Of a stretch of 55,033 nt of DNA, positions 40,301 to 50,919 are shown piece by piece. The first letter of the stretch is position 1. Every line of letters begins with the position of its first letter. A program made the position numbers and the translations under genes. The notes beneath the pieces are model-generated. The model had not been told where the DNA came from and did not search any database. It saw only the letters and a program-made list of their open reading frames with translations. The DNA is from Bacillota bacterium (GTDB taxonomy: Bacteria; Bacillota; Clostridia; Oscillospirales; Acutalibacteraceae), in assembly GCA_023401495.1 (NCBI GenBank), contig JAEXDU010000007.1:1-55033 (forward strand), in the 5' to 3' direction.

Positions 40301-40455
40301 CTCATGTCCTCCTTCGTTTTTTCAAATTCGGCATCATGCGATCCTATTTTTTTACCATTGATGATCCCAACGTCTGAATTTTCCCGGGGCTTCATTTTTC
40401 TGAGCTCCGGATTGCTTTTCGGTCTGTCCTTCATTCTGTTCTTATTATTATCCAT
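40297..40455 (-). CDS. Small hydrophilic protein (52 aa)
   Basis: MDNNKNRMKDRPKSNPELRK...; AAGGAAAGG RBS; ATGA overlap with the next gene. Confidence 0.6.
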   Translation of the reverse strand: MDNNKNRMKDRPKSNPELRKMKPRENSDVGIINGKKIGSHDAEFEKTKEDMR

Positions 40456-40867
40456 AATTTTCCTTTCCTTTTTCATTTTCCACCCGTCGATTGGCCCAAT
40501 TCTATTATTTCCTGCCGCATGGTCTGAAACACAGCGTTTTTTGAGGCAATTATTTGCATGGCAATCGCAATGTAAAATCTTAGTTTGAACAAGCATTATG
40601 ATTTTTTCAAAAGATTTCAGCGGATGATTCCATGAGCCGCGCGGAAAAAAGCGGACTGGGATTTTGATCCAAAATATCAAAATTTTGAATAAATAAAAAA
40701 GCATATCGGAGTTATTTGTACCGGCACACAGAAAAAGCCCGCGGCTTTGGGGAGGCCGCGGGCTTTTTCCCGCCTTTCGGCGGAAGAGGAGTAGTTTCTA
40801 TCAAAAGGTCTTATAAGCAATTGTTAGATGGGTCTGTGCACGCGGTATGCGTCCACAAAATGGTTCA

Positions 40868-42223
40868 TCATCCGGGGAGTTCGGCACTTTTTGCTTTTAC
40901 CGCATGGGATGCTTTTTCAGGGTAAACCTCCTCGGTTTCGGTAAAAGCAAACCCTGCATTCGGGGAATCCACCCCGTCAAAGGCCGGGTAGGCAGGCTCC
41001 CCATGCTCGGAAATATCCAGGCCAAGCGCTTCTTCTTCAGGGGTGACACGGATTCTTCTCAAAACCAGCTGAGTCACACCCAAAGCAATCCCTGTACCGA
41101 CCAGAGAGATGACCAACGTAATGCCGATTGCGATCAGCTGGCGCACAAACAGCTCGCTCTGACCAAAGAACAAACCGTTCCACTGTACCACATCTGCGCT
41201 GGGATCGGGATTAAAGCCCTTTACCGCGAAGATGCCGGTTGCAATTGCGCCCCAGACTCCGCCGATGCCGTGGCATCCGAACGCATCCAAAGAATCATCG
41301 TAGCCAAACTTGGGCTTGACTGCGGTAATGAAGAAATAGCAGATGGGGCTGACCAAAGCGCCGATCACCAGAGAGGCCCAGATCGGTACAAAGCCCGCGC
41401 CGGGAGTAATGGCAACCAGACCGACGACGATTCCGGTAGAAACGCCCGCAAGCGTCGTCTTCCCCGTGCGGAGTTTCTCGATCAGCATCCAGGAGAGCAT
41501 TGCAGCCGCGCAGGCGGTGTTGGTGGTCATAAACGCGTGTACTGCAAGAGTGTTGGCCGCGCCCGCGCTGCCTGCGTTAAAGCCGAACCAGCCGAACCAC
41601 AGAAGCGCCGCACCGAGAAATACCAATGGCATATTGTGCGGGCGAGCCGCCTCTTTTTCGGTCTTTTTGCGGGCGCCCAGCCAGATAGCGGCCATGAGAG
41701 CGCTGACGCCGGAACTGATGTGAACCACCGTGCCGCCTGCAAAGTCGATCGCGCCCAATTCCATCAGGTAGCCGCCGCCCCACACCATGTGTGCCAACGG
41801 ATAATAGACCAGAACCGACCACAGAGCGATGAAAACAAACAGAGCGGAAAAGCGCATTCTGCCGATCAGCGCGCCGGTAATCAAAGCGGGGGTGATGATG
41901 GCAAACATCATCTGAAATACTGCAAAACACACGGTTGTCGGCGCATAAGCGGCAGCCGCCGAATCCTCTGTAAAATTCATGCCGAACCAGCTGAAATCAC
42001 CGATGATTCCCCCGGCCCCGCCGCTAAAGGACAGGGAAAATCCGAACAGAACCCAAAGAATAGAAGCAAGGCCCATGATAAAAGCGGACGACATAACGGT
42101 ATTGACTGTGTTTTTTCGACCGGCCATTCCCCCATAAAACAAGGCAAGACCGGGGGTCATAATTAAAACAAGAGCGGAAGAGGTCAGCATCCAAGAGATG
42201 TCCCCTGAGTTGACAGCATTCAT
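40868..42223 (-). CDS. amtB: Ammonium transporter
   Basis: MTPGLALFYGG, FQMMFAIITPALI, DFAGGTVVH, WFGWFGFNAGS, DDSLDAFGCHG. Confidence 0.97.
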   Translation of the reverse strand: MNAVNSGDISWMLTSSALVLIMTPGLALFYGGMAGRKNTVNTVMSSAFIMGLASILWVLFGFSLSFSGGAGGIIGDFSWFGMNFTEDSAAAAYAPTTVCFAVFQMMFAIITPALITGALIGRMRFSALFVFIALWSVLVYYPLAHMVWGGGYLMELGAIDFAGGTVVHISSGVSALMAAIWLGARKKTEKEAARPHNMPLVFLGAALLWFGWFGFNAGSAGAANTLAVHAFMTTNTACAAAMLSWMLIEKLRTGKTTLAGVSTGIVVGLVAITPGAGFVPIWASLVIGALVSPICYFFITAVKPKFGYDDSLDAFGCHGIGGVWGAIATGIFAVKGFNPDPSADVVQWNGLFFGQSELFVRQLIAIGITLVISLVGTGIALGVTQLVLRRIRVTPEEEALGLDISEHGEPAYPAFDGVDSPNAGFAFTETEEVYPEKASHAVKAKSAELPG

Positions 42224-42368
42224 TCGTTTTCCTCCTCAATATGATTGGACTGTGTTGTAGGCGTGCCGCTCCAAACCTGCGAAGATTCGATTTTGAATCT
42301 GCCGATTTAAAAGTGCACCGAACTATATCACAGCAATTCTATTTTGGATGATCGCCGGCCAACCACCT

Positions 42369-42473
42369 AAGAAAGGCCTCATTCGCGGTGCTGGCTGCAC
42401 CATGAATGAGGCCTCATTGCCGAATTACTGATTGAATTAAAAAAATGATACCATACATATTTACCAAAATCAA
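42369..42473 (-). promoter_or_regulatory. amt promoter and leader terminator with an ANTAR-type hairpin
   Basis: TTGATT-17-TATCAT (42445-42473); GGC-AATGAG-GCC hexaloop (42410-42421) overlapping the 5' arm of the terminator stem 42374-42414. Confidence 0.65.
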
Positions 42474-42793
42474 TCCGAAATATTTTACTATCCTTTTTTC
42501 ACGAAACGCTTAAAATTTGTTCAGAATAGAAATCTTTCTACCTGTTTTGGCACAGAAGAATCATTCCCCCTCAAAATCAGCCGAACTTTGGCGGCAAACC
42601 GAACAAGCCGTGCCCAAATGTGCGGGGCCCAAAGGGAAGTGACCTGATGGAATAAAACGAGATCGACCATCAGCAGGCGGAACTCTATCACACAAAAACG
42701 GATGCTGCGATTGCGCATCCGTTTTTTCATCACGAGAAAACTTCAAACATACTTACCACAAAAGAGCTAACCACATGATCGCCAGATTAATCT

Positions 42794-43405
42794 CTATTGC
42801 TGCTGTGACGCATGGATCAGCGGCATAAAAATATCGTCAACGATCTCCGTTATTGCGGTGTCGGAAACAGGCTCCTGCTTTGTGATTATCTCGCACTGCA
42901 GCAGGTCCAGCGGCAATGTGATGATCCGGGGCGACAGCTTTTCAAGGCTGATTTCCCCGCGGAGTTCCGCGTTTTTCATAATGGACATCATAATCGCCGT
43001 CAGCTTGTTTTCCGGTCTCTTCTGGAAAATTTGCGGCATAAAGGCGGCTATGGTACGCCAAACCCGTGGGTCCATCATAAGCCCCCGAATCGCCTGCACG
43101 TTGATTGTTCTCGTCGGTTCCACACGCGCATGAAGAAAGGCATATACATCGCCGCGCAGACTGCCCGTATCGGGAACCTCATTCGTGATCTTTGGCAAAT
43201 GCTTGCGTAGGGCGGCCATCACGAGCTCCGACTTGTTGTCCCATCGGCGGTAAAGGACGGCCTTGTTGGTTCCCGCCCTCGTTGCAACGCTTTCCATCGT
43301 CAGATGCGCATAGTCTTTTTCCGCGAGTTCTTCCCACGCGGCGCGCAGGATCGCCTCTTCCAGAACTTCTCCGCGGCGGCGCGTCTCTTTCTTTCGTTCT
43401 TCCAT
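42794..43405 (-). CDS. TetR/AcrR-family regulator
   Basis: AILRAAWEEL...LTMESVATRAGTNKAVLYRRW. Confidence 0.92.
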   Translation of the reverse strand: MEERKKETRRRGEVLEEAILRAAWEELAEKDYAHLTMESVATRAGTNKAVLYRRWDNKSELVMAALRKHLPKITNEVPDTGSLRGDVYAFLHARVEPTRTINVQAIRGLMMDPRVWRTIAAFMPQIFQKRPENKLTAIMMSIMKNAELRGEISLEKLSPRIITLPLDLLQCEIITKQEPVSDTAITEIVDDIFMPLIHASQQQ

Positions 43406-43460
43406 CTTTTATATCCCTCCGAGCTCCGACAATCCATGTATCGTTGTTGTAGGAACATCC

Positions 43461-43563
43461 ATAAGAAACTAAAAAGTTTCTTATTTCTATATGGAGAATT
43501 CCCATTGAATTCAATTTGAATTTATCATATCATATTCACATAAGAAACGCAATTGTTTCCTAG
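43461..43563. promoter_or_regulatory. Two TetR-type operators between tetR and the MFS gene
   Basis: ataagaaac-taaaaa-gtttcttat (43461-43484) and ataagaaac-gcaatt-gtttcctag (43540-43563). Confidence 0.75.
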
Positions 43564-43585
43564 TTGAAGGAAAAGGAGATTTCTC

Positions 43586-45073
43586 ATGAATACAACAAAT
43601 GTGAAACCGGCAAAAGAAAAACTCGACCCAGTGGTGCTTCGGGTTGCCATTATTCTTGTTGTCGGCGCGCTTGCGCCGCTGTTCGATTCAACGATGGTCA
43701 ATGTAGCCCTGCATACCATTGCAACCGATATGAAAACAGGCCTTTCTACCGTACAGTGGATCACGACGGGATATGTTCTGGCGATGGGGCTGGCCGTTCC
43801 GGTTTCCGGATGGGCCACCGAACGATTTGGCGGAAAACGATCCTACCTCTTCTCATTGGCGCTTTTTTTAGCCGGCTCCGTGTGCTCTATGCTGTCTTGG
43901 AACATAGAAAGCATGATCGGGTTCCGGGTCATTCAGGGGCTCGGCGCCGGGCTGATGATGCCGACACTGCAAACCGAACTCGTACAGATTTCCGGAGGAC
44001 GCAATCTTGGGCGGATCATGGCGATTGTCAGCATCCCCGCTCTTCTGGGGCCGATCCTTGGCCCGGTGCTGGGCGGAATCATTGTCAACAGCCTGAGCTG
44101 GCGCGCCATCTTCTGGATCAATATTCCGATCTGCATCATAGCGATTGCGCTGGCCCTGTGGGGAATCCCGGCCGATAAGCTTTCGGAAAAGAAAGCATCC
44201 CTTGATGTAATCGGCATGCTTTTGCTCTCCCCCGCGTTCGCCCTCTTGATCTACGGCATTGCCGAGGTCGCCAAGCATGGAGGTTTCGGCAGCAGCGCCG
44301 TCTATGTTCCGCTGATTCTCGGCGTTGTTTTGATGGCATCGTATGTCATCTATGCTCTGAATACGAAACGGGAACCGGCCCTGAATGTGCGGCTGTTCCA
44401 ATCCGTGAATTTTACCGCTTCCAATATCCTGCTGATTTTCAGCGGAATCATCACGAACGGGGCCATGCTGATGCTGCCGCTCTATTATCAGGAGGTACGC
44501 GGAGCAAGCGCCCTGTCTGCCGGATTGTGGCTGCTGCCGCAGGGAATCGGCATGCTGCTCACCAGAAGCTGGGCCGGAAAGGCGGCTGACCGCGACGGCT
44601 CGCGCAATATTGTGCTTTTCAGCCTCGCCGCTGTCGCAATCGGCACGCTGCCGTTTGCCTTTGCCAATGCGGATACGAATTTGATTCTTCTGGCTGCCGC
44701 CCTGTTGATCAGGGGAGCCGGGCTTGGCGGTTTGTTTATTGCGATCATGATGTCCGCTTATATTGGGCTGCCCAAAGAACAGGTTCCCCACGCGAGCATC
44801 TCTACAAGGATTTTTCAGACCATCGGCGGGGCTTTCGGGTCGGCCATTCTCGCGACCGTCGCCCAGCCGCAGACGACGGGCCACGGTGGCTCCGATCTTC
44901 AGGCGATCGCCGGGGCGTTCAACGTCTCTTTCTGGTGGGCGATCGGCTTTACCGTGGCCGCGGCGATTCCCACACTGTTTTTGGCAATGAATCAAAAATC
45001 GGGGCCAGAGCCGGAACCGGAACTCGAATTGGAACCGGAACCGCAATCAGAACCCCAATCGTGCCATGAATGA
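43586..45073 (+). CDS. DHA2 (EmrB/QacA) MFS efflux transporter
   Basis: DSTMVNVAL, FRVIQGLGAG, GPILGPVLGG, WRAIFWINIP; C-terminal EP repeat. Confidence 0.93.
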   Translation: MNTTNVKPAKEKLDPVVLRVAIILVVGALAPLFDSTMVNVALHTIATDMKTGLSTVQWITTGYVLAMGLAVPVSGWATERFGGKRSYLFSLALFLAGSVCSMLSWNIESMIGFRVIQGLGAGLMMPTLQTELVQISGGRNLGRIMAIVSIPALLGPILGPVLGGIIVNSLSWRAIFWINIPICIIAIALALWGIPADKLSEKKASLDVIGMLLLSPAFALLIYGIAEVAKHGGFGSSAVYVPLILGVVLMASYVIYALNTKREPALNVRLFQSVNFTASNILLIFSGIITNGAMLMLPLYYQEVRGASALSAGLWLLPQGIGMLLTRSWAGKAADRDGSRNIVLFSLAAVAIGTLPFAFANADTNLILLAAALLIRGAGLGGLFIAIMMSAYIGLPKEQVPHASISTRIFQTIGGAFGSAILATVAQPQTTGHGGSDLQAIAGAFNVSFWWAIGFTVAAAIPTLFLAMNQKSGPEPEPELELEPEPQSEPQSCHE

Positions 45074-45097
45074 AGCATATTCAGCACATCGCAACTC

Positions 45098-45520
45098 TTA
45101 TTCGATTGGGAAACTTTCAGACTTAAAATTCGCATAATATCGTCCTGCGCTTGCTGTGAATTTCAAGACGCAATAGTCCGGGTCTGTAACACCTTTAGTG
45201 TAATACTGCGTGTCGCCCTCCTGCCAAATCATTTCTTTACTTTCGGCGTCCTCCAGCACCTGAACTGTGCCGATCAGCATTACCCCTCGAAAAAACCTTT
45301 TGTCGCAGAAATAGATGCACGCTTTTGGGTTAGAGCGATACTGTGATACCCTCATAGAAGAAGTGTTTGTTGTAAAGTAAAAGGTTTGGATTCCCTCTCT
45401 TTTTCTCGGGGGAAGCATGGCCTTTGTATTAGGGAATCCATTTTCATCCACTGAACTAATGAAAGAAACACTCTGTTTATCAATCAGATTTCCTATTGTT
45501 TTCTCCGCATCTCTTAGCAT
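45098..45520 (-). CDS. Pyridoxamine 5'-phosphate oxidase-like FMN-binding protein
   Basis: ISSVDENGFP, FYFTTNTSS, DPDYCVLKF; GGAGG RBS. Confidence 0.85.
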   Translation of the reverse strand: MLRDAEKTIGNLIDKQSVSFISSVDENGFPNTKAMLPPRKREGIQTFYFTTNTSSMRVSQYRSNPKACIYFCDKRFFRGVMLIGTVQVLEDAESKEMIWQEGDTQYYTKGVTDPDYCVLKFTASAGRYYANFKSESFPIE

Positions 45521-45598
45521 TTTATCGCCTCCTGCTGCAAGCATAGCACGATGCAATGACGAAGTAAATGACCCACTTTTTTGTGGGTATCCTTTTCA

Positions 45599-45955
45599 TC
45601 AAATAAACCCCTGTTCTTTGAGAACGTCAAACATACCGTTCTCTTTCATCAGGTCGATCCCGATCGACTGCATGATGACAATCGCTTCTAACAATTTATG
45701 CCCACGTTCCGTCAATGAATATTCTACTTTTAAAGGATGGCCCTCGAAAGATTCTTTTTCAATCACTCCAAAATCCAGCAGCTCTTTCAGCTGCTCCAAC
45801 AACATTTTCTGATTGATCCCCCTGATATCGCGCTCAAGCTGCGATAATGACATTTTGCCTTTCCCCAGCTGCCACAGAATCATGGGCTTCCATTTTCCTC
45901 TGGTGATGTCATGGGTCAATTCCAAAGGGCAAGTATATTCCTCTCGCAGCTTCAT
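45599..45955 (-). CDS. HxlR-family winged-helix regulator
   Basis: CPLE...GKWKPMILWQL...GINQKML..QLKEL...PLKVEYSLT. Confidence 0.92.
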   Translation of the reverse strand: MKLREEYTCPLELTHDITRGKWKPMILWQLGKGKMSLSQLERDIRGINQKMLLEQLKELLDFGVIEKESFEGHPLKVEYSLTERGHKLLEAIVIMQSIGIDLMKENGMFDVLKEQGFI

Positions 45956-46077
45956 AAGACCACCTCAATCAGTAAAAACACAGCATTAGACTTCTGGACA
46001 ATTTTAACATGCCCGTCTGCTGGCTGTCCATCTTATTGTTTTGTATTGGGCAGTTGCTTCCATATGCACCCTGCCCA

Positions 46078-47355
46078 TCAGGCACGGCTTATTTTGCGGT
46101 ATTCCCCTGGGGCAGAGCCGGTGATTCGTTTAAAAACCACGCTGAAATACTGCGGGTTGCTGTACCCCACCTTTTCAGATATTTCGTATGTTTTCAGGTC
46201 TGTTTCCGCCAGCAGGCTCATCGCCTTTTTCACGCGGAGCTCCATCAGGTAATCGCTGAGATTGACCCCCTGGTACTTTTTGAACAGAGTGCTGATATAG
46301 CTCGGCGTCAGATGGACCTCTTCGGCGATCCGGTTCAGCGAAAGGTCCTCCTGATGATAATTGGAATCCATAAACGACAGCACCTGACGCAAAACGGCGG
46401 CATGAGAAACACTGCTGTTTTTCAGCTCCTCGAACCGGATGAGATTCTTCCCTTCCTGCAGGCGGGATTCCAGCATGCTTTTCATTTCCAGGGCCTGCGT
46501 CGCTTCCGTATAGGATTTTAGAATATTAGAATACCCCTTGTACAGCGAGCCGGCCCCGGCGGCCAGCGTTACGTTCTGGGTCTCTCTCACCAGAGAAAAC
46601 GCCTGCTCCAGCTCAGCGAAGAATGATTCCTGCTCGCTTTCAGACAGCCGCTCCGCAAAGTTGACGACCAGATTGAGGTAAATGTCGCCCACAAAATAAT
46701 ATACGTGCACATTCGGCAGGCTCAGGCGGCTTTGCAGCAGTTCCCCAATCTTTTCGCAGAGCTGCTTTTTCTGCCACAGCAGAATCTCTGCCTCCCGTTC
46801 GCTCCGTTTACCGACATCGATACAAACGACGCAAAAAGTGGAGCTGATAAAACGGATATTCAAGCGCTTTGCGCGTTCCACCAATTCGTTGTCATCCTGA
46901 AAATTGACCACCAGATCATAAAAGAATTTATTTTCCAGCAGTTTTCGGCCGCGGCTGACAATCTCGACGTTATCCTTCTGGTCATCGGATTCTCTGGCGG
47001 CTTTCAGCACGGCGCCCAGAACCTCGGAGTTATGCTCGTATTTCATCACGTATTGGCAGACCTTATAGTTCAGCGCCATCTGCGCGTATTTGAAATCGCC
47101 GTACGCCGTCAGCAGAACGACCTTGATGTGCGGGTACAGCCGGTACACCGCCTCCATCAGCTCTATGCCGTCCATAAAGGGCATTTTGATATCGGTGAGG
47201 ATGATATCCGGCAGACAGCTCGGGATCATCTCGAGGCATTCCCGCCCGTTGCTGGCGGTTCCCACTACCTCGATGCCGTTTTCCTCCCAGTTGATATTCT
47301 GCTTCATCCCGGCCCGGATGATCTGGTCGTCGTCAACAATCAACAGCTTATGCAC
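46078..47355 (-). CDS. YesN-type response regulator (REC + AraC HTH)
   Basis: LIVDDD, TDIKMP; C-terminal LSLNRIAEEVHLTPSYIS...VGYSNPQYFS. Confidence 0.95.
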   Translation of the reverse strand: MHKLLIVDDDQIIRAGMKQNINWEENGIEVVGTASNGRECLEMIPSCLPDIILTDIKMPFMDGIELMEAVYRLYPHIKVVLLTAYGDFKYAQMALNYKVCQYVMKYEHNSEVLGAVLKAARESDDQKDNVEIVSRGRKLLENKFFYDLVVNFQDDNELVERAKRLNIRFISSTFCVVCIDVGKRSEREAEILLWQKKQLCEKIGELLQSRLSLPNVHVYYFVGDIYLNLVVNFAERLSESEQESFFAELEQAFSLVRETQNVTLAAGAGSLYKGYSNILKSYTEATQALEMKSMLESRLQEGKNLIRFEELKNSSVSHAAVLRQVLSFMDSNYHQEDLSLNRIAEEVHLTPSYISTLFKKYQGVNLSDYLMELRVKKAMSLLAETDLKTYEISEKVGYSNPQYFSVVFKRITGSAPGEYRKISRA

Positions 47356-47361
47356 GAAAAC

Positions 47362-49158
47362 TCATCCTTCCTCCGGACCGGCAAGCGGAATCACAATGCT
47401 CGCCTGGGTATAAACGCCCTGAACACTTTCAAATACAATTCCGGACTGTTCCCCAAAATACAGCCTTAAACGGGTATTGACATTCCGCAGGCCGAAATAT
47501 TTGGTATGGTTTACTTCGGGCGGCAGTTTCAGCGTGCTGCGCAGGTCTTCCAGCTTTTCGCTGTCCATGCCCACGCCGTCGTCGTACACGGTTAAAATCA
47601 CACGGTCCTCCTGCTTTTCCCCGCTGACCAGAATCATCCCGATGCCGTCTTTTGTCTTGATCCCGTGGTAAATGGCATTCTCCACAAGCGGCTGAAGGCT
47701 CAGCTTGAGAATCTGGATGGACAAAAGCTCTTCCTTAACATCAATTTCATATTCAAAGTCGTCGCCATAGCGCATTTTCTGAATTTCCAGATAGCTCGCC
47801 ACATGCTCCAGCTCTTCCTTGACCGTGACGATCTCTTTTCCGCCGCTGATGCCCAGCCGGTAAAAGCGCGCCAGCTCCACGCACATATCGCTTGCCATAT
47901 GATTGTTTCTCATATTGACCAGTTGGCGGATGGAGCCGATGGTATTGTACAGAAAATGGGGCTTGATCTGCTCCTGGAGCGCCAGAAGCTGCATTTTTGT
48001 TTTCTGCTCCTGCTCGCGGCGCACCTGCGCCAAAAGCTCTGTGACGGCGATCTTTAAATACGAGAGGCCGTGCGCCAGAACGCCGATCTCGTTGCCGGCA
48101 TCCACCTGAAAGCTGACGTTCATATCTCCGTTATCGAACTTGATTACCTGATCGGAAAGGTACTCGATCGGTTTGGAAATGCTTTTGGCCAGCAGGTTCG
48201 AGAGAAAGACGACAAGCAGCGTCAGCGCCAGCATCAGCACCAGCAATATGTATTTGAATTCCCCCGCGCTGCTTAAAAGATCGCTTTCCGGCATGACGGC
48301 CGCGACGATCCAGCCGTTGGCCTCGATGCTCTGGTAGGTAACGATCATCCGCTGATTTGTCACGCTGCGCAGCACGGTGCTGCCGCTGGAGCCGAAATGC
48401 TCTTTGAGCTTTTCCACGGCCGAAAGCGTCAGGCAATACCGATTCTGCATTGCGGCGGACTGCAGCGTACCGTCCCTGCTGATCAGCATCATGTATCCGT
48501 TTTCAGACACATGGACGTTATCGAGAATCCCGGAAAAATAGCTGCTGTTTAAATTAAAAAGGATGATCCCGCTGGCGGCGGACTGCGGGGAACCGATGAT
48601 CCGAAACACGGAAATCACCTTATGCGGCGTCGTTGTCTGGAACACGTCGTCCCGGTGATCATTGAGCCAATACACCCCATGCGGCGAGGTGTTGTATTTT
48701 TTCATCCACTGGGTCAGCGAAAGGCCGATGTGCTTCGGCACATCGCTGACAAAATATTTGACCTCGATCCCGCGGTTGTTGCAGAAATACAGCGAATCGA
48801 TCATCTGGTCATAGTTGCGGTAAATCTCTTCCATGCTGCTGTAGCAGGTCATCAGGCTGCTGAAGTCCTCTTCTGAAGAGCTTTCGCTGAGCAAAAGGGT
48901 ATTGACCGCCGGACTTCCCGACAGATTGATCATCTGCGTAAAGGCGGTCATCATTTTGTCATTGAGCAGAATCGAGATCTGGCTCACCATGCTCTGCGTG
49001 AGGAAAGAAGCATTCTTTTTGATATTGTTCGTTTCAAAGAAATACGCGAATAATCCGATGATCAGCACCGCGGCAATCACCACCGGAAGAAAAAGGAGCA
49101 TGATCTGTTTTTTGATCGGCTTTTGAAATACTTTTTTCAAGACCCCGCGCTCCTTCAC
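47362..49158 (-). CDS. YesM-type sensor histidine kinase
   Basis: Two transmembrane segments, HAMP, QIKPHFLYNT, QPLVENAIYHG, DDGVG. Confidence 0.95.
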   Translation of the reverse strand: MKERGVLKKVFQKPIKKQIMLLFLPVVIAAVLIIGLFAYFFETNNIKKNASFLTQSMVSQISILLNDKMMTAFTQMINLSGSPAVNTLLLSESSSEEDFSSLMTCYSSMEEIYRNYDQMIDSLYFCNNRGIEVKYFVSDVPKHIGLSLTQWMKKYNTSPHGVYWLNDHRDDVFQTTTPHKVISVFRIIGSPQSAASGIILFNLNSSYFSGILDNVHVSENGYMMLISRDGTLQSAAMQNRYCLTLSAVEKLKEHFGSSGSTVLRSVTNQRMIVTYQSIEANGWIVAAVMPESDLLSSAGEFKYILLVLMLALTLLVVFLSNLLAKSISKPIEYLSDQVIKFDNGDMNVSFQVDAGNEIGVLAHGLSYLKIAVTELLAQVRREQEQKTKMQLLALQEQIKPHFLYNTIGSIRQLVNMRNNHMASDMCVELARFYRLGISGGKEIVTVKEELEHVASYLEIQKMRYGDDFEYEIDVKEELLSIQILKLSLQPLVENAIYHGIKTKDGIGMILVSGEKQEDRVILTVYDDGVGMDSEKLEDLRSTLKLPPEVNHTKYFGLRNVNTRLRLYFGEQSGIVFESVQGVYTQASIVIPLAGPEEG

Positions 49159-49176
49159 GAAAATCGTAAAGCGTTG

Positions 49177-50520
49177 TTACCCCTGTGTACTGTCGAACTG
49201 CTTTTTGGCGGTTTCCAGCAATTTGGCCCACTGATCGAGCAGGTTTTTCGCCGACATGCTGCCCGCCATCACCTTTTGAATCATCGGCTCCACCTCAGAC
49301 TGAATCTCGGTGTACTGCGGCAGATAGACCGGCACCTGAATCTGCACGGAGCCGTCTTTGCCTGATACCATCTGCTCGGCCAGCCGCAGGTACGGGTGAG
49401 TGTCGTCGATATAATCGGGGCTTGACGCCGCACCGGCCACCACGGGAACCTCTCCCTGTGTTTTGCAGCGCGGAATCTGCACCGCGGCGCTGCAGTAGAC
49501 CGTCATGGCCTGAAAGGCCGCCTCTTTGACATCGGACTTGGAATTCATGCTGACAGAGCGCATCATTACAAACCGCATCTGAGCGCTGCCGTCGGCTGTT
49601 CGGGGAAGCTCTGCCGCCTGATACCGCGACTGATCCCCGTAAAAGGCGGTGGCAATCGATGTGCCCGAGCCGAAATTATGAAAGATGATGCCCGCTTTGC
49701 CCGCCTGAAAGGATGCTGTCAACTGCGTCCAGCCCTTTACCAGATCATCCTGCGCGGAATAGCGGTTATAAAGGCCCAGGTACCGCTCGACAAACTCCAC
49801 ATGCTTAGAGGAATTGATGGTACACTTGCCGTTTTTGTCAAAATAATCGGTAAGCCCCGAGTAAGCGTACATCAGGGCTTCGAGCGTATTGCTGCTGCCC
49901 GGGCCGCCGCGCAGCGCTATGCCGTACTGATCGTTTTCGCGGTTGGTCAGCTTCTGCACCGCGGTGAAAAACTCGTCCCATGTCTGCGGGACACCCATCC
50001 CCGCTGACTGCAGAAGATCGGTGCGAACCCACATGCCCCACGGCTGCATCGAAAACGGAAGCGTATACAGGCGCTGCTGCTTCGGGTCATAGGCGCGCGC
50101 CTGAAGAATGGCGTCGGCACTCAGCGACTCTTTTTCGCTCCACTGATCATAGAAAGCATCGAGCGGTTCATAAAAACCGCTCTTTATGTATTTGGAATCA
50201 TAAAAATCCGTAAAATCCGGTGCGGTATCCGACGCGATCGCCACATCGAGCTTTTGCATAAAGGTGGGGATATCCCCCGGAATCCCCAGGTAATCCAGGG
50301 TGATTTCGGGATGCTGCTCCTTTAAAATCTGCTGAAAGCGGACGAAATCCTGCTCGCGTTCCGGAGTGGTGCAGTAGGTCCAGAATTTTACGGTCGTTTC
50401 AGGGAGACTGCTCACCGCACTCTCGTCCGGCGGCGCGGCAGTATGGTCAGCGCAGCCTACAGGCAGCAGCAAAACTGCCGTAAGAAGCAACCCTACCGCT
50501 TTTCGTGCCGTTTTTTTCAC
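49177..50520 (-). CDS. ABC carbohydrate-binding lipoprotein
   Basis: Lipobox LPVGC; family-1 binding-protein features (P.TWDEF, FQAGKAG). Confidence 0.88.
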   Translation of the reverse strand: MKKTARKAVGLLLTAVLLLPVGCADHTAAPPDESAVSSLPETTVKFWTYCTTPEREQDFVRFQQILKEQHPEITLDYLGIPGDIPTFMQKLDVAIASDTAPDFTDFYDSKYIKSGFYEPLDAFYDQWSEKESLSADAILQARAYDPKQQRLYTLPFSMQPWGMWVRTDLLQSAGMGVPQTWDEFFTAVQKLTNRENDQYGIALRGGPGSSNTLEALMYAYSGLTDYFDKNGKCTINSSKHVEFVERYLGLYNRYSAQDDLVKGWTQLTASFQAGKAGIIFHNFGSGTSIATAFYGDQSRYQAAELPRTADGSAQMRFVMMRSVSMNSKSDVKEAAFQAMTVYCSAAVQIPRCKTQGEVPVVAGAASSPDYIDDTHPYLRLAEQMVSGKDGSVQIQVPVYLPQYTEIQSEVEPMIQKVMAGSMSAKNLLDQWAKLLETAKKQFDSTQG

Positions 50521-50919
50521 GACGACATCCCCCTGATTCAAAACTTTGTACAACTTATTATAAAAAACTTTCGGTTATTTGTCAAATAATATAGATTTTC
50601 CTATTTTTGTTTATAATAATCAGAGAAAATGTCGTTTGAACTTACAATTATTTCACTTGAACGAGAGATTGGTCTCTTCCCCCGCCTGCGGAGGGGGAAG
50701 AAATCGCTGTACTTTCATAAGGCTATTTTGAAACGAACCGGCTATATCATCCGGTTGAACACAGGCAGACTTTGAAAATGGCCCGGTAAAGGTGACAGAC
50801 ACCGCAAGGGAAAGATCATACTCCGTGGTATGTGGCTAAATTTTGCGGCATTTGCCAACGCAGTCGCAAAATAATAAAACCATTTTACGGCGGCAAAATT
50901 TTCGATGGTTCTGAAAACG

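Noticed and set aside
45005..45060. Glu-Pro repeat at the MFS C-terminus
   Set aside because: Low-complexity tail with no evident functional signal.
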